From assembly GCA_951406725.2 (NCBI GenBank), contig OX597835.1:50220001-50284000 (forward strand): 64,000 nucleotides of DNA. Direction: 5' to 3'. The notes under the pieces were generated by a model. That model saw only the letters and a list, made by a program, of their open reading frames with translations. It was not told the origin of the DNA and ran no database searches. Positions 1-12,608 of the stretch are shown here, piece after piece. Origin of the DNA: Octopus vulgaris. Taxonomy: Eukaryota. Numbering within the stretch: the first letter of the stretch is position 1; each line of letters starts with the position of its first letter. Both the position numbers and the translations under genes were made by a program.

Positions 1-94
1 AACCCCAAAGTCGACCAATGCCTTGTGTGTGAATTTGGTAGATAGAAACTGTGAGGAATCCCATTGTATGTGTGGAACCATTGATTCCATCACA

Positions 95-245
95 CATTTT
101 TCTCTTTGTTTTTTTTCCTTTCATCTCTTTCTGTCAAAGAGTGTAGACTCAAAACATCAAAATCTTTTCCATTTTTCTCAAGCATCAAACTAATAGATCT
201 GCTGTTGTTCCCTCACCTATCTTTGTCTTCTTTTGTTTTCTATAC
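95..245 (+). mobile_element. Penelope-like non-autonomous repeat with degenerate hammerhead motif (family H1)
   Basis: Homologous by eye to 13445-13625 and 55375-55580. Core at 131-158 reads ctgtcaaagagtgtagactcaaaacatc versus ctgttgaagagcataggctcgaaacgt in the better copies. Confidence 0.55.
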
Positions 246-250
246 ATTTG

Positions 251-317
251 AACCAGCTAGCTCAGTCAGTAGAGACTCTTAATCTTGGGGTCATAGGTTC
301 GAGCCCCAAGTTGGGCG
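251..317 (+). pseudogene. tRNA-Lys(CTT) pseudogene
   Basis: aaccagctagctcagtcagtagag-actcttaatcttggggtcataggttcgagccccaagttgggcg follows canonical metazoan tRNA-Lys(CUU) (GCCCGGCTAGCTCAGTCGGTAGAGCATGAGACTCTTAATCTCAGGGTCGTGGGTTCGAGCCCCACGTTGGGCG). It lacks about 6 nt (CATGAG) at the D-stem/anticodon-stem junction and has CpG-type transitions. Confidence 0.85.
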
Positions 318-330
318 AAGCTATTTTTTT

Positions 331-723
331 AGGTGCAGGAGTGGCTGTGTGGTTAGTAGCTTGCTTACTAACCATATGGCTCTGGGTTCAATCCCACTGC
401 ATGGCACCTTGGGTAAATGTCTCCTACTATAGCTTCAGGCTGATGAAAGCTTTGTGAATGGATTTGGTAGATAGAAACTGAAAAAAGCCTGTTGTATTTA
501 TATCTATCTATACATATGTGTGTTGCTGTGTGTCTGCATTTCTCCTCCCACCATCGCTTGACAACCGATGTTCATGTGTTTTTGTTCCCATAAATTAGCA
601 GTTTGGCAAAAGAGAATGATAGAATAAGTACTAGGCTTACAAAGAATAAGTCCTGGGATCAGTTTGATCAACTAAAGGTGGTGCTCCAGCATGGCCACAG
701 TCAAATGGCTGTAATAAATAAGA

Positions 724-726
<3 letters not shown>
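331..726 (+). mobile_element. tRNA-derived SINE, family A (full length)
   Basis: Box A/B head (tggctgtgtggttag...gggttcaatccc), ccttggg motif, internal TA/TG tract and tail ccagcatggccacagtcaaatg. Collinear with 43041-43460. Confidence 0.85.
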
Positions 727-772
<46 letters not shown>

Positions 773-913
773 ATTTAGGGTATCTAAGAAATACTTCCAC
801 GCTGGAAATAGCAGCCAAAACTTGACTCTAAAACCACATTAAATGTTCATACAGCACCAGGAGAGAAAACAAAAGGACAAGATGAACTAGCAAAAAAAAA
901 AAATTACTGGATA

Positions 914-971
914 ATTCCAGATCCCGGATTTCTGGCTTTGCATAAGAAATGCTTTGCCTCATCAGTGGAAT
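914..971 (-). ncRNA. Minimal type-I hammerhead ribozyme candidate
   Basis: Minus strand: ATTCCA-CTGATGA-GGC(aaaGCATttcttATGCaaa)GCC-A-GAAA-TC-cgg-GA-TC-TGGAAT. It has a 6-bp stem I, an intact CUGAUGA/GAAA core and an AUC cleavage triplet. Confidence 0.65.
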
Positions 972-1163
972 ATACATAGATAGTAACATAAATACACATA
1001 TATATATACATATCACATACGAATACTTACATATATGAACGTATACATACATATATATGCACACGACCAGTTTAAATTGCCCGCCTATAACTCCTCACGC
1101 GATATGGTCAGAATATCAACTGCAGTAAATAGAATGATGAAATAAATATAAATTTATATAATT

Positions 1164-1240
1164 AAGGATATAATTGTTAATTTAATTATTGATCTTGGCC
1201 ACTTGTTAAGATCGATAATTAAATTAACGATCTTATCCTT
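1164..1240. repeat. AT-rich inverted repeat / hairpin (~33-bp arms)
   Basis: aaggatataattgttaatttaattattgatctt ... aagatcgataattaaattaacgatcttatcctt. Confidence 0.75.
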
Positions 1241-2079
1241 CTGTATATATATAACAAAATCTCAATGTCTAATAGTATGTATGGGCAACAACTCTGGGAG
1301 TGTTCAGACGTTATCAAATCTCTTCAGCAAAGCACAGTTTTTGCCCTATTTGTCAGATTAATGAAAAGAGAATCACAATTAGCCAGTGTTCTATTGACTC
1401 ATTCAGCACTATTAATGTTCTTCGTTTAAACTGTTGAAATTGCTTGCAACCAAACCTGAAAATAGCATTTGTATGTGTATTGTTGATCCTTGATAAACTG
1501 CGTTAAAAGTGAGATAAAGTGTTATTTATCTACATATCTATCTAAAGATAAATAGTTTGCTACTTAGAGACGGGGACAAGACCTGTATTTAAAACACTGG
1601 ATGATGATGAGAAATGAGTATGAGAGATGGATTCACCGTACTTATTTACACATGACTTAGCATTTCACGGACATTAGCATTTTCCTAACCATTCACATTG
1701 ACATACGTGTAGCTTTCTTGAGCCTGAATGCAACAGGTAGTTGTGCAAAAGTACACGTGTACCCATGCATGTGTTTTGATATGTATAAGCGTTAGGTATA
1801 TGTAACTGAATAAAGCAGGTTTGATCACAAACACATATACACAATGCACACACTCGCGCGCGCACACACACACACACACACAACATATGGTAAATACACA
1901 CAGCCAAACAGCACACACATAACAATGACACAACTGCCAAACACATACAGTGATTACTAATGTAAGTACAAGAATTTGATTTAGAATACTTATTTTATCT
2001 AACCCAGGCAATGAATAGCAAAAATTGACCCCGACACACTTTAACTAAATACACGTGTTTTGTTCAACAACCCCTTAAT

Positions 2080-2176
2080 GGCGAAGGTAAAGAATACGCA
2101 CACCCGGTGTTTAGGGTTAGGGTTAGGTTTAGGGTTACGCCGAAAACGGGCGTTGTGCGTATCCTTTACGGCCGCC
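2080..2176. mobile_element. 97-bp MITE with GG...CC termini and internal TTAGGG repeats (Merlin-like?)
   Basis: TIRs ggcgaaggtaaagaatacgcaca / tgtgcgtatcctttacggccgcc. Flanks cccttaat / ttcttaat match 6/8 as a putative 8-bp TSD. Core ttagggttagggttaggtttagggtta. Confidence 0.65.
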
Positions 2177-2679
2177 TTCTTAATTCTGTTATCCACCGTC
2201 CTTTTAACTATATCATATTTCTAATTTAGATACAAGATCACAAAATTTTCGGACAGGGTACAATGGATTATGCCCAAGTAGTTTATCACCCATGTAAGAT
2301 GAAAAACTAAATCGACCTTGACGGGATTTGAACTCACATGCTATTAAATACCTCAAGGGCATCTTGTCCGACGTTTGCTCAACCGATTCTACCACAAGAC
2401 ATCGTTTTGATTACATATATTACGAGCTCAAAAACACAGGATTTCTCTCAAATCACACACTATTCTTTTAGAATAGAACGCGTTGGATAATGTGTTTGTA
2501 GGTGCCAGAGCGGAGGTCACGCGATAGATCACATACCTGCCCGTTTCGGGTAAACAAGAAACGTGCCTAACACACACACACATATGTATATAGGTAGAAA
2601 ATGAGCCAACACGATAGTCTCTATTAGATCACCTGATACGCTGTAATTAGCAGCCGAATCTTTCTAAAAATCATACCGT

Positions 2680-2730
2680 ACATACATACATACATACATA
2701 CATACATACATACATACATACATACATACA

Positions 2731-2762
<32 letters not shown>
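2680..2762. repeat. (TACA)n microsatellite
   Basis: Direct reading. Representative of the many TA, CA, TACA, TATC, TTA and CAT tracts across the window. Confidence 0.95.
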
Positions 2763-2899
2763 GATGACACAGTGCATACGTTTTAAACACAGTATAAAAA
2801 TAAATAAAAGAGTCTGGAAAAGAGGCGAAAGCGTCAAGTGTTCGGAATCAGAGCAAAAAGGGGACTATTACTACTACTACCATCACCATTACTACTACT

Positions 2900-3714
2900 A
2901 CTCCTACTAATCAATTACATTCCAGAGATTGGCGCACCTAGTTGTTGGGGTGTCGCTCTAGAAAGCTGTTGTTGTTAGAAATCATCATTGAGCCCGCAGC
3001 AGAGTGACGGTGTTGAGACCTGCTCAGTCCTTCCTGTTGGAGGACAAAGGTTCTTCACAAGAGGAAGAACAGGAAAAAACCCGAAATTAATTAAAAATAT
3101 CATTTAGAGAGAGTGATCTCCCCTGTTTTTATCTCTCCGCCGCCGCCGCCGCCAATACACAGCAGCAGCAGCAGCAGCGATAGTGGGAGTCTAACAACAG
3201 CTGTAATGGTAGCAGCAGCAGCATCGGCAATAGCAGCAGCAATAGTGGGAGTAAACACAAGAGCAACAGTTACAACGACAGCAGGAATAGTTACGGCAGT
3301 AAGTTGTAGTAACAGCAGCAGCAGCAGCAATAGCAACAGTTATAGCAGTAGTAGTAGTAGCAGCAGCGACACTTACAGGCGGCAGTAACCACCACCACCA
3401 CCACCACCACCACAACGGCAGCAGCAGCAGCAGCAACGGCAGCAGCAGCAGCGACCCTTAACAGACGAATTAATCTCTTCCTGCTCGCAACTTGCAGTTC
3501 TGTGTGTGCGGCCAAGGCCTTATTTTAAGCAAGATGGACAAACGAATGCAGTCATCTTCGTTTGTCATACTATTAACACAGAAAAGGCTGCTAGAGCTTT
3601 AGCAGTTACCCTTATTTTTAGGGGTTGATTTGAAGAGAGAAAAAAAAAGATAACAAAGACCAAAACGAATTTTAGAAATACTGAAAAACTGAAACAACCT
3701 TACCATCAAATAAG
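2900..3714 (+). promoter_or_regulatory. Candidate CpG-rich promoter / non-coding first exon with (CCG)n, (CAG)n and (CCA)n tracts
   Basis: Non-repeat CpG-retaining sequence, ATTGG at ~2927 and trinucleotide tracts at 3138-3452. A donor-like AAG|GTAGGT at 3714/3715 is followed by T-rich sequence. The strand is not certain. Confidence 0.35.
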
Positions 3715-4263
3715 GTAGGTTTTCATATACTTATATATATATAATATAATATAATATGATATAATATAAGCTAATTCTCTTTACCTGATCAGACAGTGTT
3801 TCAGTCCATCTTATTTAATTATCAATTTTCCTTTCAGCTTTTTTCCTTCTTCTTATTCCCGTTCTATTATTTGCTTCCGCCTCACCGTTTTGTTATTATT
3901 ATTTTTTTACTTCTGTCATTCCTTCATTATGATTTGGAAAGCGAAAGTGGGAAGGATAAAAAAAATTAAAAGTAGACGCCTGAATATTGAGGCAGCATCT
4001 CTTGGAGGTGTGCATGTGATTGACTACACACACACACTCTAATACACATATAATATATGCACATATATATAATGTATGTGTGTATATATGTATGTGCGTG
4101 CTTGTGTGAGTGTGTGTATGTATATATGTGTGCATGTATGCATGAATGTGTGTTACATACGAACGGGCATGTATATAAGTTTGATGTATTCAAATAGATG
4201 TAGATTTGCATCTATCTATCTATCTATATCTGTGTGCAGCCCTGTGTGGCTAATAAAGAAACA

Positions 4264-4367
<104 letters not shown>

Positions 4368-4591
4368 CATGTGTGTATGTATATAGGTTTGTACCTTGAT
4401 GACTTGAGGATTATACATGATTTAAGCATGCTAAAAGTTAATGATGCACTCACATATAAACACAAGAGAGAAATATAGAGTGAGTGAGAGGGAAAACTAA
4501 TTAGTGAGGGGAAAGATGAAAATTTAAAGAATAAAACATGATGGGTTAGAAACTAGGTGTATATATTATAGATGTCTCACCCCCTCATTCA

Positions 4592-4635
<44 letters not shown>

Positions 4636-5322
4636 ATATATATATATATATATATATATAGTTGTATGTGTATGTATATATGTATGTATATTAACTTCAT
4701 TGATATATAATTATTCTTAATAGTATTTATATATACATGTACATAAACATGTATGTATGTATATATATATATATATATATATACTGACACACAAACGTAG
4801 TACTATGAATATATTAAGCTTAATGCGAGTGTGTGTGTGTATATATATATACACACACACATACAAAGACAATCATTAAAAAATGAAAGACATTGTCCAG
4901 GAAAATAAAATGAAAGCTGATGAAATCGCAATATATTACTATCCAGGAATTTTTTGAAATGACCCCTAAATATCAATGGATGACACTATTTATATTTTAA
5001 GCAATCATTATGTATGTAGCATTATAGCTGAAGATGAGTGCTTGGTTCAGAAATCTATTGTCTGACCTGTATATAATTAAGTCTAGGTGTATGCCTTCTG
5101 TGTATTGGCAGCTGTGGATGTGTAGATGAATATGTAAGGGTCAATTCATAATTTATAAACCTGCAGTATGATATATTTATATGTTACAGCTGGGTCTATG
5201 TTCATTTTCATTTCTATATTCTTAAGGTGTCTAAGTGTAGAGATATGGAGATGTTGTATTATTCATACATACATGCATACATACATACATACATACATAC
5301 ATACATACATACATACATACAT

Positions 5323-5355
<33 letters not shown>

Positions 5356-5467
5356 TATATATGCATACATATATATGTACATATGCGTGTGTGCCTGTGC
5401 ATATGAATATACAATTTTATGTATGTGTGTGTATGTACGTATGCATGTATGCATATATGTATATACA

Positions 5468-5507
<40 letters not shown>

Positions 5508-5691
5508 TACATACATACATACATATATATATATACACATACATAAACTTAATATGTATAAAACCTCAGACTGTTGAATTAGAATAAGAATGTAAAACCA
5601 TTCTTTCAGTATTATTGATGTTTCAGAAAAGAGAAAGTGAGAGTCTCCTGACTGACTGTTTTGACATTTGTTGACTACTCTTTAGGGAAAA

Positions 5692-5798
<107 letters not shown>

Positions 5799-5847
5799 CA
5801 TCCATCCATCCATCCATCCATCCATCCATCCATCCATCCATCCATCC

Positions 5848-5894
<47 letters not shown>

Positions 5895-6084
5895 CATTCA
5901 TGCATGTGTGTTTGTATGTGTGTATTTGTGTGAGGATATATTTATATGTATATAGTGTAAATACAATATACAACAAACAGAACAACACAGGAGGAACAAA
6001 ATTGGACAAATAAGGTATTAATTTAATGTTGAAATGACAAGTGAAAGTGCTTATACATTTTGGATGTTAGTCCTTCACCAGAAG

Positions 6085-6118
<34 letters not shown>

Positions 6119-7188
6119 TGAGTGAGAGGGAAAACTAATTAATGAGGGGAAAGAAGAAAATTAAAAATATAAAACATGTGAAGGGTTAGAAACTAGAAGG
6201 GAATGGAGTGGAGGTAGTTAAGAAGTGAAGAAAGGGTAAGTATGTAGATGCCCCTATAAAAATGAATCCATGTCTGGAAGTGGACAGATGGGAGAGTGGT
6301 GTGTGTGTGTGTGTGTTCGTGTGTGTTCGTGTGATGCATGTGTATGTATAGAGGTGTGAAAATGTGGCTTAGTTGGGTTGTGAGAGTTGGTGTGTGTATG
6401 TAATCATGAAGTGGGTGATGAGTATATGAGAGGGTGGGAGAGGGTGCAAGTGTGAGGAATAAATTAATGGTGAAGCAAATGGGATAACAACAGCCAGGTA
6501 TTAAATGATGTGTGTGCAAGTGTACAAGAAGAATCCATTGGAGTGTGAAAACGTCTTTTAACAAAGGGGAGAAGTGTGAATGTTATGTGTTCAAAAAAAA
6601 CAAAAACATACATAAGCGCTGGGGGAAGAAATGTGAATGGTTGTGTGCAATTATAAAAAAAGAAAAACGATTAAATTAAAATTCAGAAATGAGAGTAAAT
6701 GTATGAGTTCTGTGAAGAGAGTAAAGTCAAAGAAATTGGTAAAAATTACACAATAATGGTAAATGAACTTGGTAGAATGTCCAGAAGATGGGAAAAAACT
6801 GGTAAAACCCATGATTTCACACCCACCCACCCACACATAACTTGTCGAAGGTGTCATACATATATACATACATGCATGCATACATACATACACACACACA
6901 CACACACATACCTATTATTATTGCAGCAACATAATACCTACCAACCTGTATAGAGCAAAGTATGGCTGAACTTGGTATCATGGAAAAAGAATATAAATGC
7001 TAAATTCTTATGCTACAAATGATCATGATATCTGGGGCTATAAAAATCTTCAAGACTTTCTTAAAATTTAAAGGATGATGGTTAATAGAAGATACTTTCC
7101 TTTACAACCTTGCTACCAAGTCGGTGGCCGGTTGAAATTTACTAGAAAGTTGAAAAGACAAAGAGAACGAACATACATTCGTGTATAT

Positions 7189-7597
7189 CAGGGGTGAGGA
7201 AATCCCCGCCAGCGCGTTTTATTGTGTCCGCTGGCTGATATACTCATACGTACAAAATATTGCGACTTAGGTCACGTTTCCACTACGACTTAAAAGGGTC
7301 AGGAAATCGTCTGGTAGTTGCCATTTGAATGGAAATTTTGTTTTCACTATAAAACACATTTTGCTAGGTTTGTACCAACCCTGGAGACCCAACTACACTT
7401 TAGCTGAAAAAAAAAGATTAGCTCATAAGTAATATAAACGTCCTAAATCCAGTGGCGGAATTAATGAAGATGTTGTGCGTTAATTTAATGATATATCAAA
7501 TTATACAGAGATACATCCAAGATTTACACAGATTTAAGAGTTCGAACCTGTGATCCATTCGCTGACCTTTTCCCTTGGAAAATTTCCCCCGGCCCTG
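7189..7597. mobile_element. Non-autonomous hAT-type DNA transposon
   Basis: Termini CAGGGGT...GGCCCTG; 8-bp TSD gtgtatat/atgtatat (7/8). Confidence 0.7.
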
Positions 7598-7909
7598 ATG
7601 TATATATATCTATACTTTAGACTTTCTCAGTTTCCACTTAGCACTCCACTCACAAAGTTTTGGTCAGCCTAGGACCGACCAAACACTTGTCCAAGGTGTC
7701 ACTCGGTGGGACTGAACCCAAAACCTTGTTTTCAGGAAGCAAATTTCTAAACCACACAGCTATACTTGCAGTTGTAGCCATGGCTACACCTTTCAGTTTA
7801 TATGTGTGTGTGTATGAGAATATATATGTATATATATATGATTATGTAAGAGTGTATATATGTGAATATATATTTGCGCGTCCGTACGTGTGTATGTATG
7901 TCTGTATCT

Positions 7910-7967
<58 letters not shown>

Positions 7968-8623
7968 ATGTCTCCATAGTAAATTAAATATGTAGCTTTA
8001 TATTTAGATTTACCTTATATTTAATAAACTGTTAGTGTTAGCTGTTATCTATGCAGATAATGTGTGTGAGTGTGTGTGTGTATAATGTATGTAAATATAT
8101 ATATGTACATATATATGTATGTACATATATATATATGTATGTATATATATATATATATAGTATTTGCATGAAATGAAATGATAAGATTACATGTAAGAAT
8201 GCCATTATTATTTCGTCCTTGTAACGACAGGTCAACTGGAGCTATCGATGTCTTGTATCGTTTGTTTCGACGAGCAATTCAATATTATTTCTTGTATAAT
8301 TACCATATTGTCGAATATATTTTCGACAAATCTCATGACTTCCTTATTTCAACAGAACATCTTCTTTTCTATCAGTTCTTTCTTCTTTTTCTTTTCTCTT
8401 TTGAATGCTCTGCCAATTATAATAAATATTGCTAGCATTCATCTTCTACGTTTATTTATAATTTCGTTTGTTTTACTTAGATAGCAGAAATAATCAATAC
8501 ACGTACTCATACGTATACATACCTACCTACCTACCTACATACATACCTACCTACATACATACATACATACATACATACATACATACATACATACACACAT
8601 ACACGCATATACACACACATAAA

Positions 8624-8666
<43 letters not shown>

Positions 8667-9017
8667 CACAAAGTGGTTGGTGTTAGGAAAGGTATCCAGC
8701 CATAAAAACCATGCCAAAACAGACAGTGAAGCCTGGCCAGTTCCTGTGAAACTGTCCAACCCATCCCAGCATGGAAAACGGACGTTAAATGATGATCATG
8801 ATACAGATGATATTAGATATTACATGTATCAACATTAATTGTCCATCTTTGTTTTTTCACCACCACAATTACCACCACTTGAAAACACCATATGGAAGTC
8901 TTTTAAGGGGTCGTTCGATTACCTAGAAATAGCAGCAAAATTCTCATCTTACATCTTACTGTCTGAAAATAACAATAAAGAAAGCACTGTATAATTTGAT
9001 CTAGTATATGTATATGT

Positions 9018-9080
<63 letters not shown>

Positions 9081-10364
9081 AAAGCAGGATGGCAACGTCT
9101 GGAAAGCCTTTGATCAAAAGTTTGTTTATTAAGTCAGACCTAGGAATAAACATCCCCAACAACAACAGCGACTTTACCATGACCCTGTGTGTTGTGGTAC
9201 ATTTACGTGTTAGAAATAGCAGTCAGATTTCCATCTAATTACACAACAATGTCTTTTAAGAGGAGACATTGATTTGATGATTTCTAATCATCTTTTTCTA
9301 AATGCGTTTGCCACAGCTGGAAGGTCTTTCATGACTTACCTTTTCTATTAGGACAAACCTTTGTCTTAAACCTGAATAAAACCCCTACGGTGTATTCCGA
9401 CCTGCTAGAAATTACAGTTATATCTCTCTTAAATCCTACCGTCCTGACTTCAAAGAAGATAAAAAGATGTACACCTTGTTTAATGCAATCTTGTGTTTGA
9501 CTTATGGGAAGAGGGCGAGTTGTGGAACCTCGTTTCATGACAGCTCTGTTTGAGGATCGATTAGTCAGAGAATTTTAAAGGAACACCCTTCCCTTACTCT
9601 TTTAAGGATCTCCGAAATTTATTGGAAAAGGGCAGAACGTTATATTCAAAACAAGACTTGCTGCAGGAACATACATTAAAACTTCCGCTCGAGTGTGTGT
9701 GTGTGTGTTTATCCACCTGTCTGTCTGTCTGTCTGTCTATCTATCTGTCTGTCTGTCTGTCTGTCTATCGGTGTGCATAATGTTTTTTAATGCCACTTAG
9801 GCTTCTATAGATGACAGACATTCCAGCATGTGCCATCCTATCTCATATAGGATTACCAATACCTAAACTACCAAATGTGTTCTTCCCTTCCCTTTTCTTT
9901 AAAATGGTTGATAGCATGATTTCGAGGCGATGTTGCTGCTATTTCTAGCAAGTGGAACGATCGCCCCGCGGTAAAGGCTTTCCTCGTTGGCAGGTCTCTC
10001 TGCTCGCGCCGAAGCCCGTTTCGAAACAACGCTGTTATCAGCTGACAAGCAAAGTGAAACTAGACTAGTTGCTGCATGAGGGGGAAGGGAGAGAGGCTGT
10101 TTAAACTGGTGGCTTGGTGAAATGTGGCTAGAATTATGCTGCCGCTGCTTGACGTATACACGCATACATACACTTATACCCATATTTTTGCGTATACACA
10201 CACACACACACACACACATACCTTCTCCACCAGCACCACTAGCCTTATTAGGTGCTAGTATAAAGACTTCGAAAGGTGGTTTCGTATCCATACATATGGA
10301 TAACCACGAACAGAAGAGGAAAATAGATCACAAAGATTTTGTCATATTTATTTATAGAAACATA

Positions 10365-10400
10365 TACTAGAGTTTGAAACCCGTATCCCCTGGGTATATG
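10365..10400 (-). mobile_element. Helitron-type 3' terminus (hairpin plus CTAG)
   Basis: Minus strand tacccaggggatacgggtttcaaactctagta: a short acc.../...ggt hairpin upstream of CTAG|T. Confidence 0.4.
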
Positions 10401-11149
10401 GTTATTCAACCGACACAGCGGTTGGGTCCTTCGTTGGCTTACAATCTATAAGTATATTGTATTAATTAATATTTATGTATTGGCACGTATTGCCATGAAG
10501 CCGGGACAGTTCTCACCAAACACCCACTCACTGATGAAGATCAGTTATGGTCCTCTATCTACGGGGTCAGAGGACCTGCAGGGAATTTCGGTCAAATCTC
10601 CTAATTATACTATTTTCCTTTTTAAACAAGAAGGACATTTGGACATCGTTGTCCATCCAGCTTACTTGTCTGGAGACAACATGACCAGACAAGTAAGCTG
10701 GATGGTCACGACTGAAATGTCTTTGATTATCGGTCTTTTCGAACAGGTCTGCTGATCTGAAGCCGAACGTTAACGGGAGCGTCTTACACAGTCGCTCAGT
10801 TTGCTAGAAATAGCCGGTAAATCTCTCCCAGAATCACACATTGCTGTCTTAGAAAGATGAAGAGTACAGTGAATTGAAAAAGGAAAGAAATGACTGGGGG
10901 ATCATCACTGGGATTGCACATGGGATATCTGCTCGAACAAAACCGTTTTGGGGTCAAGCAACCACCATCACAACAACACCAATAATTGTAGATATCGTAA
11001 TTGTTTCTATTTCGAGCGTCGCCGTTACCCCCCTCCTTTCTTCAATTTTCGTTTTTCTTTTTCTTTTTCCTCATCTTATTATTATTAAAAGAACTGGAAA
11101 AAGAAGTCACTAGCGTTTGGTGAGATAGGGCAAGCCCGTCGCTAAGGGA

Positions 11150-11527
11150 GTACACTGGCATGCCGGGCTAAATGCTTAGTGGTATTTCGTCTGCCGCTAC
11201 GTTCTGAGTTCAAATTCCGCCGAGGTCGATTTTGCCTTTCATCCTTTCGGATTAAATAAGTACCAGTTACGCACTGGGGTTGATATAATCGACTTAATCC
11301 GTTTGTCTGTCCTTGTTTGTCCTCTCTGTGTTTAGCCCCTTGTGGGTTGTAAAGAACAGGTATTACGACCGTCTTCATGTTCTGAGTTCAAATTTAGCCG
11401 AGATCAATTTTGCCTTTAATTCTTTCGAGGTCGATAGATTAAGTACCAGTGAAACACTGGGGTCGATGTAATCGTCTAGTCCTCTCCCACCAAATTTAAG
11501 GCCTTGTGCCTTTAGTAGAAAGGATCA

Positions 11528-11600
<73 letters not shown>
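11150..11600 (+). mobile_element. Two tandem SINE family B copies, the second ending in an (ATT)n tail
   Basis: gttctgagttcaaattccgccgaggtcgattttgcctttcatcctttcgg...taagtaccag...actggggtcgat, then tail ggccttgtgcctttagtagaaaggat(cat/tat)n. Confidence 0.85.
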
Positions 11601-11602
<2 letters not shown>

Positions 11603-12542
11603 TATGCTTGACTTTTGCTTCATATTTGTACAAGTTGGCTCCAAGTCTCACCCAGAGACCTCAAGAGACAACAGGTTAGAAGTTCATGTTGTTGTTATGC
11701 CTAGTGTGCCATATATTTGGTTTTGTATTTAGTGTTGTACTAGTGAATGTCTAAAAAAAAAACATACGAAAATTATGTTTGTTTTAAAACTTGAGATTAC
11801 ATAGAAAGTATTTTGCGTAGGATATGAGCAGTTCCCATGAGCACTATCTTTTGAATTTCTGCCATTTTTGGGTTTCCTGATATCTGAGTTAGGTAGCAAT
11901 CAGTCCCTTTTACTATCATTCCCAGGGCACCTATGACAACAGGTATTGTTTTAGTCTTCAGGTTCCACATTTTGCTGATTTCTATTTCAAGATCTTTATA
12001 TTTGCTCAGTTTTTGGTAGGTCTTGACAAATATGTTTATATCGATTGGGACAGTCATAGCAATGAGGAGGCATGTTTTTTTTTGTCTGAAGTCTTTTACT
12101 ATGATGCCTGGCCTATTTGCATCTATCTTTCTGTCAGTTTGAATGGGAAAGTTCCAGAGAAGTGAGATGCGGTCATTTTCAAGCACTGGAGGTGGTTTGT
12201 GTTCCCACCAGTTTTTTTCATGGGGCAAATCCAGGTTTTTGCAAATTACCCAGTGAATATATTGTGCAGCTCTATCATGTCTGTTGAGATACTCTGTAGG
12301 CGCTAGAAGACTGCACTTGGAGACAATATGATCAATGGTTTCATTTTGTTGTTGACATACACGACATGTTGGGCTACTCCCGTTCTTTAATATGTTGGCC
12401 TGGTAGTTCCTTGTTGGTAGGCATTGATCTTGAGCTGCTATGATAAACCCTTCTGTTTCAGATTTTAAGCCAGAGGCCATTATCCATTGATGTGTCAGGG
12501 CTTTGTTAACATCTGCATTATTCGCTCTCTTTGAGTATTTGC

Positions 12543-12545
<3 letters not shown>
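11601..12545 (-). mobile_element. 5'-truncated R4/Dong-clade RLE non-LTR retrotransposon inserted in (TAA)n
   Basis: C-terminal ORF plus ~195-nt 3' UTR, flanked on both sides by (TTA)n (11530-11600 and 12544-12606). Dong elements are known to target TAA microsatellites. Confidence 0.9.
11797..12543 (-). pseudogene. R4/Dong ORF C-terminus: CCHC zinc knuckle plus restriction-like endonuclease (truncated, catalytic residues altered)
   Basis: GKYSKRANNADVNKALTHQWIMASGLKSETEGFIIAAQDQ...CRVC...ETIDHIVSKC...RHD...NRPGII...LIAMTVP...KLSKYKDL...PVVIGALG. The expected RPD and IDxxVP acidic residues read RPG and IAMTVP. Confidence 0.9.

Positions 12546-12608
<63 letters not shown>

Noticed and set aside
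2110-2137. TTAGGG repeats as a chromosome end or fusion site
   Set aside because: Only a few units, enclosed by TIRs; the same holds at 41373 and 41591.
3100-3515. Poly-S/A/Q/L ORFs over CAG/CCG tracts
   Set aside because: Open frames on both strands arise from the repeats, and there is no convincing start, domain or splice-bounded frame.
5027-5062. CTGAAGA-TGAG..TTCA-GAAA..GTC hammerhead-like string
   Set aside because: Stems I and III do not pair, so it could be chance.
6699-7170. Purine-rich ORF-like stretches (MYEFCEESK..., NSYATNDHDIWGYK...)
   Set aside because: No recognisable homology, interrupted by stops and a microsatellite, and no clear splice sites.
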